A stretch of 64,000 nucleotides of DNA from Candidatus Komeilibacteria bacterium CG11_big_fil_rev_8_21_14_0_20_36_20 (GCA_002787405.1 PCWQ01000007.1:166250-230249), one strand, 5' to 3'; positions 22,734-30,950 are shown, counted from the stretch's first letter. Numbers and translations are program-made. The notes: generated by a model from the sequence alone, not told the origin.

Positions 22734-23098
22734 AAACTGACATTATAAAATAACCCCCAAGCTACCACAACCGGAAGTAAAATCCAAAAAATCAACACTA
22801 ATATATTAAAAATAGTTAAAATAATAAAAACCACAAAACGACTAATCGTCAACAATATCCTCATAAAAAAACTAATTACCCTGCCCTGCCGATCATATTG
22901 GCCAAACATTGGTTTAAACAGACTTTTAAACATGATGGGCAAAGATAGATTACGGGCGGTATTTTTTATAGAACTCCAAGTATAAAGGGCGGTCCTCTTT
23001 AAGCCCTGACTGTACCACCAAATCGGAAAATACAAAATTTCTCCGATTAGATCTATAAATAGAGCTCTTAATGTTTGAATAATTATGTTTTGTGTCAT
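22721..23098 (-). CDS. hypothetical membrane protein
   Basis: 125 aa with 2-3 TM helices. Overlaps the clpC-like start by 13 nt. Confidence 0.5.
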   Translation of the reverse strand: MTQNIIIQTLRALFIDLIGEILYFPIWWYSQGLKRTALYTWSSIKNTARNLSLPIMFKSLFKPMFGQYDRQGRVISFFMRILLTISRFVVFIILTIFNILVLIFWILLPVVVAWGLFYNVSLWKQ

Positions 23099-23172
23099 CA
23101 GCTAAATTATAACATTTTTCAGTGTTTTAAAAAAGAATACACCCTCTAATCCTGTGCTAATCGCACAGAATT

Positions 23173-23223
23173 TTCTCCCCCTAAATTAGGGGGAGATGCC
23201 CCTGCCTGCCGGCAGGCAGGCAG
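23173..23223. promoter_or_regulatory. pair of GC-rich perfect palindromes in a divergent intergenic region
   Basis: TCTCCCCC-taaatta-GGGGGAGA (23173-23195) and the perfect 20-bp palindrome CCTGCCTGCCGGCAGGCAGG (23200-23219) continuing into (CAGG)n. Followed by TTGACA (23243) and a putative -10 TATGTT. Confidence 0.5.
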
Positions 23224-23325
23224 GCATAAGACAGAGGGGGTAATTGACAAAAATTAAAAAATTCCTTATGTTTATTTAGTTAAATTGAATATAGTACCTA
23301 TAACAAATGTGGAGGTTTATTTAAA

Positions 23326-23646
23326 GTGAATAAAACAATGGCATCACTGGGAGATCAACTGAAACCTGGTATAATGGGCGAAGTTGTTTTGGATGATGAT
23401 AAAAAGAAACTCTTAGATATAGTGAACAGAGAAGAAATGCTCCTTATAGCAGGACAACAGTTAATGGTCGTCGGTTCTCAATCTAAGACCACCAACGAAA
23501 GGGTGCCACAAGGTGCCTTGTGTAAAGTTACTATAGTCAACGGCCAAAAAAGACTATTTGACTCTACGACGAATGAGGAAGTGGTCTTGAAACCAGGACA
23601 ACAACTGATGGTTGTTGACGCCAAAAGCGCCGTTGTCTTAAAATAA
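23326..23646 (+). CDS. small TOBE/Mop-like protein with an internal duplicated GQQLMVV segment
   Basis: 106 aa starting at GTG 23326 (or ATG 23338), with GGAGG upstream. The two halves end in LLIAGQQLMVVGSQ and VLKPGQQLMVVDAKSAVVLK, the latter resembling a molbindin/TOBE C-terminal strand. Followed by a terminator. Confidence 0.55.
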   Translation: MNKTMASLGDQLKPGIMGEVVLDDDKKKLLDIVNREEMLLIAGQQLMVVGSQSKTTNERVPQGALCKVTIVNGQKRLFDSTTNEEVVLKPGQQLMVVDAKSAVVLK

Positions 23647-23654
23647 GACTTCCT

Positions 23655-23712
23655 CCTGCACCCTGTCGAATAAATCAACCTAAGTTTGAGGAGTTCGACG
23701 GGGTCTTTTTTT
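23655..23712 (+). terminator. intrinsic terminator
   Basis: Imperfect 11-bp stem ACCCTGTCGAA ... TTCGACGGGGT followed by an 8-nt T-run (23702-23709). Confidence 0.6.
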
Positions 23713-24056
23713 TAGATGACAATAATGATGAGATATAATATAATAAAATCAACCAACAATTAAATATATGAATGAAAACATTGAAAATAGAATTGAAAAA
23801 ATAGAAAAAAGAAATAAAAAAGTTGAATTAGATAAAGCTTGAGAAACAAGTTTAACTAGAAAACTCATTATTGCCATTATTACTTATCTTATTATTGCAC
23901 TATTTTTTGTATTTGCTGAATTACCAAAACCATTTATCAACTCTATTGTGCCAACCTTTGCTTTTGTACTCTCAACCTTATCTTTACCATACATTAAAAA
24001 AATTTGGATCAATAAGTATAAAAAAAGAATTAATAGGTAATAATTAATTTTAAAAT

Positions 24057-24743
24057 ATGAAGACAACCATCCTTATCTCAGGAGGCACCAGTGGCTTAGG
24101 CAAAACAATCGCTCAGATATTATCACCACATCAGCAGGTAATCATTTTATCACCTAGTGAAGACAAATTAAAAAAAGTAGCTGCTGAACTAAACTGTGAT
24201 TATGAGGTCTGCGACATTACTGACTATCAACAGTGCGAACGAGCTATTCAAAACACTTTAAAAAAACATCAACAAATTGGCTGCCTAATTAACAACGCCG
24301 GTATTTGGATTGAAGGGGGATTGGATCAGAATGACGCTGATCATATCCAAAAAACAATGGACATTAATGCCACCGGCGTCATCTTTTTAAGCAAAGCGGT
24401 AATCCCAACTATGAAAAAACAAAAACAGGGTTTTATTATTAATGTAATTTCTCAAGCCGGTCTATATGCTAAAGCCAAACGAAGTGTTTATGATGCTTCC
24501 AAATGGGCAGTAACCGGACTGACAAAATGTCTGGAACAGGAATTAGCTCCCTATAATATCAAAGTAACTGGATTATATCCTGGCTTTATGGAAACGCCAC
24601 TATTTGAAAAAATGGGCACTCATAAAGATTTTACCAATGCTCTCAATCCCGAGTCCGTCGCCAAAGCAATAAAATTTTTGATTGATATGGATCATGAAGT
24701 TTTGATTCCTGAATTAGGAATTAAAAAAATAAGTAACCAATAA
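24057..24743 (+). CDS. short-chain dehydrogenase/reductase (SDR)
   Basis: 228 aa with Rossmann motif SGGTSGLGKT, NNAG, and catalytic YDASK (YxxxK). Confidence 0.88.
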   Translation: MKTTILISGGTSGLGKTIAQILSPHQQVIILSPSEDKLKKVAAELNCDYEVCDITDYQQCERAIQNTLKKHQQIGCLINNAGIWIEGGLDQNDADHIQKTMDINATGVIFLSKAVIPTMKKQKQGFIINVISQAGLYAKAKRSVYDASKWAVTGLTKCLEQELAPYNIKVTGLYPGFMETPLFEKMGTHKDFTNALNPESVAKAIKFLIDMDHEVLIPELGIKKISNQ

Positions 24744-24746
24744 AAT

Positions 24747-25001
24747 ATGAAACTTATTGACCTCTTAGGATATACGGCCGGAATTTTAGTAGTTATTTCT
24801 TTACTACCGCAAACCATCAAAAGCTGGAAAACAAAATTGACTAGAGATTTGTCTTTATGGAGATATATTATTTATATTGTTAGATTGATTCTTTGGATCA
24901 CTTATGCTGCAATTATTAAAAATGGTCCTGTGGCCGTAATGAATAGTATAGGTCTAATATTAGCAAGTTCTATTCTTTATCTTAAAATAAGATATAAATA
25001 A
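24747..25001 (+). CDS. SemiSWEET (PQ-loop) sugar transporter
   Basis: 84 aa with 3 TM helices and the PQ-loop motif ISLLPQTIKSWKTKLTRDLS. Architecture is similar to characterised bacterial SemiSWEETs. Starts 4 nt after the SDR gene. Confidence 0.7.
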   Translation: MKLIDLLGYTAGILVVISLLPQTIKSWKTKLTRDLSLWRYIIYIVRLILWITYAAIIKNGPVAVMNSIGLILASSILYLKIRYK

Positions 25002-25036
25002 ATGTTATAAAAAAGCGCCCCGCTCAGCGGGGCGCT
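25001..25036 (+). terminator. GC-rich hairpin terminator
   Basis: AAGCGCCCCGC-tca-GCGGGGCGCTT (25003-25027), then TTAAATAT. Confidence 0.55.
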
Positions 25037-25184
25037 TTAAATATCTAAACCTTAAAAAAACAATGAGGAGACTATTGACAAAAACTATATTTTATACTTA
25101 AATAATAGACCGAGTTATTTAACAATGGGATAAATTAATAATCATGCCAACAGGCCAACTCCCGGACACGGGAAGGAGATTAAA

Positions 25185-25583
25185 ATGATAAATATTGAAT
25201 TATTTATTCAAGGGGCGGAAAAAATAGACCGCCAAAGAAAAATAATTACCCGGGTAATTATTTCTGTCCTTGCTCAAATTAATAAAAAGTTTGCAAAAAA
25301 CGCAGAAGCAAGAAAATCAGCAATCTTTGAAATGCCTATCAACGAGGTAATCACTCTACAGTTTAAATATATGAGTGGTTCATATGGATTTGGTGTCCAA
25401 TTTTTCTATAATAACGATTATGTAGCTTGGTGGAGTAATTATGGAGATTCCATTCCTTCCTGGGCAGTACCAATAGTCTTCAGTAAGTTAGCAGAAATCG
25501 TGGAAAAAGCCGACGCCAAATTGCCTGCAGCGGAAATCAAAAAAGCTTTCCAATTCTTTGCTAAACAGGCATTAAATCAATAA
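25185..25583 (+). CDS. hypothetical protein
   Basis: 132 aa with RBS GGAGAT upstream and its own terminator at 25612-25648. Confidence 0.55.
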   Translation: MINIELFIQGAEKIDRQRKIITRVIISVLAQINKKFAKNAEARKSAIFEMPINEVITLQFKYMSGSYGFGVQFFYNNDYVAWWSNYGDSIPSWAVPIVFSKLAEIVEKADAKLPAAEIKKAFQFFAKQALNQ

Positions 25584-25611
25584 TCAAAAAAAATTAACTC
25601 ATTAAATCGGT

Positions 25612-25648
25612 TCAGAGCGGTCTATCCCAGCCGCTCTTTTTGTTTTTA
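25612..25648 (+). terminator. intrinsic terminator
   Basis: AGAGCGG-tctatcccag-CCGCTCT followed by TTTTTGTTTTT. Confidence 0.7.
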
Positions 25649-25744
25649 TAAAAAATTAGCTCTTGTTATCTTTATCACCAGTAATCGCGCCACTAACAAA
25701 AACGACTATAATTAAAAACACCACTAAAATTATTGCTACTAATA

Positions 25745-25779
25745 TCATATGTTTAATTTACTAATCAAATTTTTTATAA
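25745..25779 (-). repeat. copy 1 of a 35-bp start-region repeat (ttataaaaaaTttgattagtaaattaaacATATG on minus)
   Basis: Near-identical (1 mismatch) to 27293-27327. Here the ATG is followed by ATA TAG, and the TM-helix frame DIVAIILVVFLIIVVFVSGAITGDKDNKS is shifted. Confidence 0.6.
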
Positions 25780-25903
25780 AATTATTATAAAATCATTAAA
25801 AGATATACTACCCAGCAAAGATGAGGAAGTTCCGGATTAAATCTAGAATGACGGTGGAATTAGTGATAACGGTGGAGAAAATTATAACTCCCCTTTTATT
25901 TCT

Positions 25904-26521
25904 TTATCTACTTCTAATATACGGCTTAATTGGCAGTAATAATAATGTGCCTAATAATGACAGTGTCGCTAAAGAAACAATTAAGAATGGAAAGCCAATA
26001 GTGCTGGCAATATAACCACCAATGGCTGCCAAGGCGGCCGAACTCACCCCAGTCATTGTAAAATAGATAGCCCATTCCGTTCCTTCTTTAGTCTTATCAA
26101 TATGTCTGGTAAAAATTGCCCTATAAGAAGGAAAGGTGAAAGCTGTAGTCAGCCCCAAACAAAATTGAATAATATAAAGATGCCAGGCCTGACTAATAAA
26201 CAAATACAACAACGGAATTAAAGCTGTCAAAATACTGAAAAAAACTAAAATATGAAAATCATCCTTTTCGCCTCTTATTTTATCTATGATATAGGCGCAG
26301 GGTATTTGAAAAACACTACGGGTAAAGAAAAAAATAGAAAAAGCAACGCCGGCCACAGCCGCATTCCCACCAATGATATATTCTGTAATATAAATGGCAA
26401 AAATTGGATTAAGAAGTTCGGCTGAACCAAGGACTATCACATCTGAAAGAATAAGAAATCTTACCACTGGATTAATGCCTTTTAATAAATAATTTTTAAA
26501 TGGGATTGCTCTTTTTGTCAT
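25904..26521 (-). CDS. 6-TM membrane protein resembling one half of an MFS transporter
   Basis: 205 aa with about 6 TM helices and an MFS motif-A-like loop (IDKIRGEKDD). Confidence 0.5.
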   Translation of the reverse strand: MTKRAIPFKNYLLKGINPVVRFLILSDVIVLGSAELLNPIFAIYITEYIIGGNAAVAGVAFSIFFFTRSVFQIPCAYIIDKIRGEKDDFHILVFFSILTALIPLLYLFISQAWHLYIIQFCLGLTTAFTFPSYRAIFTRHIDKTKEGTEWAIYFTMTGVSSAALAAIGGYIASTIGFPFLIVSLATLSLLGTLLLLPIKPYIRSR

Positions 26522-26633
26522 AAATTTATTTTTATTTTTATAATCTTCAGCTACTTGCTGATTTTATTTTTATTATTCAAATACCAACGTTTTTTCATAT
26601 AGCTAATTTACTATTTATTTAATTGGAATATTT

Positions 26634-27086
26634 TTAGTCAATAAACTTAAAGGTGGAAACCATAGTTTTTATTGGATTTTCTATATCTTTAACTCTATCT
26701 AAATTTATGCATTCTTCTTCAAATTCAGTCTCCCAGAAAGCCCCAGGGGAACCACCAGCGCATCCATTAACTTCTCTAATTATAAAATTTAAGACATAAT
26801 ATTTTTTTTGTTTCTGGGTAACATAACAATAATCATTATATAGATTACCAGCAGCGGGCTCCCTAACTATATACTCTGTATATTCAATATTATTTAATTT
26901 AATATTATTGATCACCGTTGATTCAAGTTCTAGTGGCAATTCAGGACAGCCGTTCTTTACAGGATTTTCGTTAATTGACACAACAGTAACTTTTGGTGGC
27001 CAAAAATGAGCCCCCCATACATTTGCTCCAAAACTTTCTGGATATTGAAATTCATAGCCATTAATATCATCCCTATAGGTTTTCAA
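26634..27086 (-). CDS. hypothetical Cys-containing protein (no ATG; TTG start or fused to the upstream ORF)
   Basis: 150 aa. The only in-frame start is TTG, which overlaps the TGA of ORF 27083..27295 (AATTGA) with no SD. Confidence 0.4.
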   Translation of the reverse strand: MKTYRDDINGYEFQYPESFGANVWGAHFWPPKVTVVSINENPVKNGCPELPLELESTVINNIKLNNIEYTEYIVREPAAGNLYNDYCYVTQKQKKYYVLNFIIREVNGCAGGSPGAFWETEFEEECINLDRVKDIENPIKTMVSTFKFID

Positions 27087-27295
27087 TTAGAAATGTCAAC
27101 TTGTTCTTGAATGGGACAAGTGGCAAATTCACAGTTAGGTGGGATTCTACCAACAGCACTTCCATCAGGACATATTTTTGCTTCCAGAGTACAGGCCACC
27201 GGTTGATCCGTATTTTCAATTAAGAAATAAAAACCTACGATAGCGATAATTATAATAATTATAAAACTTATTAGTTTTGGTATTTCATTTTTCAT
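27083..27295 (-). CDS. small signal-anchored Cys-rich protein
   Basis: 70 aa with an N-terminal TM/signal anchor and four Cys (CTLEAKICPDG ... CEFATC). Its start lies in the 35-bp repeat. Confidence 0.5.
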   Translation of the reverse strand: MKNEIPKLISFIIIIIIAIVGFYFLIENTDQPVACTLEAKICPDGSAVGRIPPNCEFATCPIQEQVDISN

Positions 27296-27327
27296 ATGTT
27301 TAATTTACTAATCAAGTTTTTTATAAC
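27293..27327 (-). repeat. copy 2 of the 35-bp start-region repeat
   Basis: Identical to 25745-25779 except for one A/G difference. Contains the ATG of ORF 27083..27295. Confidence 0.6.
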
Positions 27328-28421
27328 TCGCCTTTTTTAATTGCTCCTCTAATATCTCGCATCAATTGCAAATAAAAATCTAAGTTATGTAGAGTAGCTA
27401 AACGCATACCTAATATTTCTTCTGTTTTAAATAAATGATGTAAATAAGCTTTAGAATAATTTTTTAAATTAGTATTATTAATTGATGCCTGATCAGTTTT
27501 AAATTTAGAATTAATAATATTAATAGTTTTATAAAATTTGCCCTTTAAAGTTTGCTTAGTTCTAATAAATAACTTCCCATGCCTTGCCTCCCGAGTAGGA
27601 ATAACACAATCAAACATATCCATACCCCTTTTAACAGCTTCAATAATATTTTCCGGATAACCCAAGCCCATTAAATAACGAGGTTTGTTTTCTGGCAAAG
27701 CTGGACTAGTATAATCCAAGACCTGATACATTACTTTATTGGATTCACCAACCGCTAATCCGCCAATGGCAAATCCATGAAATGGCAAAGCCGTAATTTC
27801 TTTAACTGACTTTAATCTTAAATCTTTAAAATCAGCTCCTTGAATAATACCAAAAATTAATTGCTTGTTAATTTTAGCTGATTTCTGATTTAATTTGTTT
27901 TTATAATCCCAAGATATTTGAGCCCAGCGAGTAGTCCGTTCTACGGCTTTCAGAGCTTTAGCGCGAGTAGTGGGTAAAGCCACGCATTCATCAAGAACCA
28001 TCATAATATCGCTACCCATAGCTACTTGAATATCAATAACTTTCTTGGGATTTAAAATATGCTGAGAACCATCTAGATGAGATTTAAATTCTATATCATC
28101 GCCTTTTATTTTTCTTAAATCTGATAAGCTAAAAACTTGATAGCCGCCGCTGTCGGTCAGTAAAGGCAAATTAGTATCCATAAAATTATGCAAGCCGCCT
28201 ATTTTTTTAAAAACCTCAAGACCTGGCCGCAGATAATTATGGTAAGTATTTGATAAAATAATCTGGGCGCCTAAATTTTTAACCTCTTGAGTGGTGACGC
28301 TTTTGACGGCTGCTTTAGTGGCAATGGGCATAAAAAAAGGAGTATCAATGTTACCGTGGGCAGTCTTTAATACTCCTAATCTTGCTTGAGATTTCTTTGA
28401 TTGTTTTAATAGTTTGAACAT
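27321..28421 (-). CDS. tgt: queuine/preQ1 tRNA-ribosyltransferase (Tgt), zinc-site cysteines absent
   Basis: 366 aa with N-terminus LGVLKTAHGNIDTPFFMPIATKAAVK and catalytic-region pattern DCVIPTR. The region aligning to the CxCxxC zinc site reads NLKNYSKAYLHH. Confidence 0.88.
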   Translation of the reverse strand: MFKLLKQSKKSQARLGVLKTAHGNIDTPFFMPIATKAAVKSVTTQEVKNLGAQIILSNTYHNYLRPGLEVFKKIGGLHNFMDTNLPLLTDSGGYQVFSLSDLRKIKGDDIEFKSHLDGSQHILNPKKVIDIQVAMGSDIMMVLDECVALPTTRAKALKAVERTTRWAQISWDYKNKLNQKSAKINKQLIFGIIQGADFKDLRLKSVKEITALPFHGFAIGGLAVGESNKVMYQVLDYTSPALPENKPRYLMGLGYPENIIEAVKRGMDMFDCVIPTREARHGKLFIRTKQTLKGKFYKTINIINSKFKTDQASINNTNLKNYSKAYLHHLFKTEEILGMRLATLHNLDFYLQLMRDIRGAIKKGEL

Positions 28422-30208
28422 TACTGAATAATACCAATCGGCTCATTAGTGTCAGCCACGACATCAGAGGTCTTTAACATGCGAGAACGAATAATAATAT
28501 CTTCCAACCCTTGAGCTGATAAGGTGGTTGCGTTCAATAAAGTCATAGTCTGGCCGCGATATTCTTCAATCGGCACCAATTCAACCATAAATGAAGCAGT
28601 TAAAGGAAATATAATATTATTAAAATTATTTAAACTCCAAGATAAAACCCGAGTGCCGCTGTCAAAATCAAGCTCACCTTCTTGAATGTCCACTTCACTT
28701 GAAAATGAAACTTCCGGTGGTAAGGTGGTTTCAACGCTGACTGCATCAAAATTGCCGGTGGAATTATTTAAAGACCAAACCACTAAATATTCCGTTGTTT
28801 CGCCTACTCGCGGTGGCAATAATCCCGAACCAACTCGACGACCGCCTAGGTCCCAATAAGCCCCATTATTAAAAGAAACACTTTCTCCAACAGTTAATAA
28901 CAATGGTCTTTCCACCTGTTCCCAGCCGCTCAATCCTTCTAAATTAATTTTAATAATATTCTCAATAGTCCTTTCCGGCTGGACCTGATCCACTACTTTA
29001 ACCTGCCAGGTAAAAATCCTCTCCTCACCAACCGGCCACAAAGCTAAATCCTCACTCTGTTCTTTGGTCCAAACAATATTTGATTCTAGATAACTACCAA
29101 TCGTGTCCAAACTGCCCCAATCCAAAACTTGGCTGTCAATCAAAGCAGTTACTTGAACATCTGGAATATCAGTCTCGCTTTGGTTGGTAATCTTTAACTG
29201 ATAACGCAAAACATCACCCCAATTAACTGTCTGACTACCGCTCTTACCATTAATTTCTAGATTAACTGCAAACTGCGGATTAACAACTACAAATTGTTTT
29301 TCGGCTCTGGAGAAACGACGAAAGCTATCATTAGACATGCTACCAATTTCAGCGACTAACAATTGTTCCGGCTGACTGTCAGGGGCGAAAGAGCCCTTAA
29401 TTGTAATTATCTTTTCTTCTTCTGGCTCCAGATTAACTGCCCAGTAATCCCCCTCTTTAATCGGATCAACTTCCACTAGATCAAAATCATCGGGGTATAA
29501 AATATCAATATATAAATCATTCAATGTTTCATCAGTTAAATTACGATAAATAACTTTTATTTCTTGTTCGGTTGAAACTAGAGTTTTATCTACCGCTTCT
29601 ACTGACAAGTCCAATTTGTTTTCGGTAATTTTAGTTTTAACGGATTGCTTTTCTCTAAAATCCGAATGAAAATTCTCCGGCTGATAATTCAAAGTAAACA
29701 CTGCTAATAATTCTTTGTCTTTAGTGCCGACCAACTGACCAATTATTTTTAAATCCGCTGTTTCACCAGGAGCCAAATCACTCAAAAGCCAAGTGGTCGC
29801 ATTTTCATCAGTCGGCTCAACAGTGGCTCCGTCAAAATAAAAACCACTAGGCCAGTGGACATCAAGTTCTACTTGCTGGAGAGAAACTACATCTAAATTC
29901 TTATATTCTATTAAATAAACGGTTTGATCGCCAGAAATAATCTTGTCCGGACCGCTGACTGAAAATTCCAGACTTTTCTCCACTATAATCGGTGCCTGCT
30001 TACTCCAATAAAAAAATCCGGCCACAGCGGCAATAAATAAAAAAAATAACATCCATAAAAAACTTCCGCCTTTCTTTTTAGCTTTCTTTAGAGTCCGATA
30101 CTCTTGAGGGACTTCTCTTTTGCGACGAACTGAGGGAGCTTCATATGAACTCTGACGAATAGGCGCACGCTTAATAGAATCAATGCTCCTTTTTTTGATT
30201 TTAGCCAT
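28421..30208 (-). CDS. membrane-anchored protein with repeated beta-rich (DUF11-like) extracellular domains
   Basis: 595 aa with a basic N-terminus and one TM helix (FLWMLFFLFIAAVAGFFYW), then repetitive beta-strand-rich sequence. Overlaps tgt and recO. Confidence 0.6.
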   Translation of the reverse strand: MAKIKKRSIDSIKRAPIRQSSYEAPSVRRKREVPQEYRTLKKAKKKGGSFLWMLFFLFIAAVAGFFYWSKQAPIIVEKSLEFSVSGPDKIISGDQTVYLIEYKNLDVVSLQQVELDVHWPSGFYFDGATVEPTDENATTWLLSDLAPGETADLKIIGQLVGTKDKELLAVFTLNYQPENFHSDFREKQSVKTKITENKLDLSVEAVDKTLVSTEQEIKVIYRNLTDETLNDLYIDILYPDDFDLVEVDPIKEGDYWAVNLEPEEEKIITIKGSFAPDSQPEQLLVAEIGSMSNDSFRRFSRAEKQFVVVNPQFAVNLEINGKSGSQTVNWGDVLRYQLKITNQSETDIPDVQVTALIDSQVLDWGSLDTIGSYLESNIVWTKEQSEDLALWPVGEERIFTWQVKVVDQVQPERTIENIIKINLEGLSGWEQVERPLLLTVGESVSFNNGAYWDLGGRRVGSGLLPPRVGETTEYLVVWSLNNSTGNFDAVSVETTLPPEVSFSSEVDIQEGELDFDSGTRVLSWSLNNFNNIIFPLTASFMVELVPIEEYRGQTMTLLNATTLSAQGLEDIIIRSRMLKTSDVVADTNEPIGIIQ

Positions 30209-30950
30209 AAATAAATAATTTTAATGATTGTGACGGCTTATCATAAACCGTTTGATAATAAATTTGAGAAATTTTCAGCCATTCTTTATTTAAATTTTGA
30301 CTGATCGATAAGCTATCCAGCTGTCCCCAGTCAGCTCTAATAATAAATTGTAAAAACTTAATTAGCTCGCCGGAGATAGATACACTGGAAACATTTTGAT
30401 GCTCTCTGCATATTATACCCCGACCTGGCATATATTTGCCAGCCTCACCGGCAGACAGGCCAGCCGACAAATCCTTTTGACAAATCACACAACTATCCAA
30501 TTGCGGCCGCCAACCAGCTAAACTCAAATACTTCCACAAAAATATTCTAACTAAGATCAGCTTATGCTCTGTAGAAATTTCCTGATTATTTAAAAAAAAC
30601 AAAATTTCTCCTAACAACTCAAATTCTTTAATTTTTTCTGCGCCTCCATCACTAGCTAAAAAAAGTTCAATCACTGATGAAGATAGGGAGAGCAGACGAA
30701 GATCACTTCTTAAATTAGCATAATCTATAACCACACTTGCCCCGGCTAAATGATCCAAGCGACCGCGGCCAATCATTACTTTGACTCGGCTAAAAGGCAA
30801 AAGGTGTCCGGCTAGCTTATTACCTGACTTGGCTGCTGATTTAACAATCACTTCAATTAACCCCTCCTGCGGTGTAAACAAACTGTAGAGCCGATCGGCA
30901 TTTTTCCAAGGTCGGCTATGCAAAACAAAGGCTTCTGTTTTAAAAGACAT
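30201..30950 (-). CDS. recO: DNA repair protein RecO
   Basis: 249 aa with an OB-fold N-terminus (MSFKTEAFVLHSRPWKNADRLYSLFT) and C-terminal zinc-binding cysteines (CVICQ ... ICREH). Confidence 0.82.
   Translation of the reverse strand: MSFKTEAFVLHSRPWKNADRLYSLFTPQEGLIEVIVKSAAKSGNKLAGHLLPFSRVKVMIGRGRLDHLAGASVVIDYANLRSDLRLLSLSSSVIELFLASDGGAEKIKEFELLGEILFFLNNQEISTEHKLILVRIFLWKYLSLAGWRPQLDSCVICQKDLSAGLSAGEAGKYMPGRGIICREHQNVSSVSISGELIKFLQFIIRADWGQLDSLSISQNLNKEWLKISQIYYQTVYDKPSQSLKLFIYG

Noticed and set aside
23884-24066. Minus-strand 60-aa ORF from the track.
   Set aside because: It is antisense to a more convincing plus-strand small-gene candidate and has no RBS. AT-rich DNA yields such ORFs by chance.
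25821-26015. Plus-strand 64-aa ORF.
   Set aside because: It overlaps the minus-strand 6-TM membrane-protein gene and has no start context.
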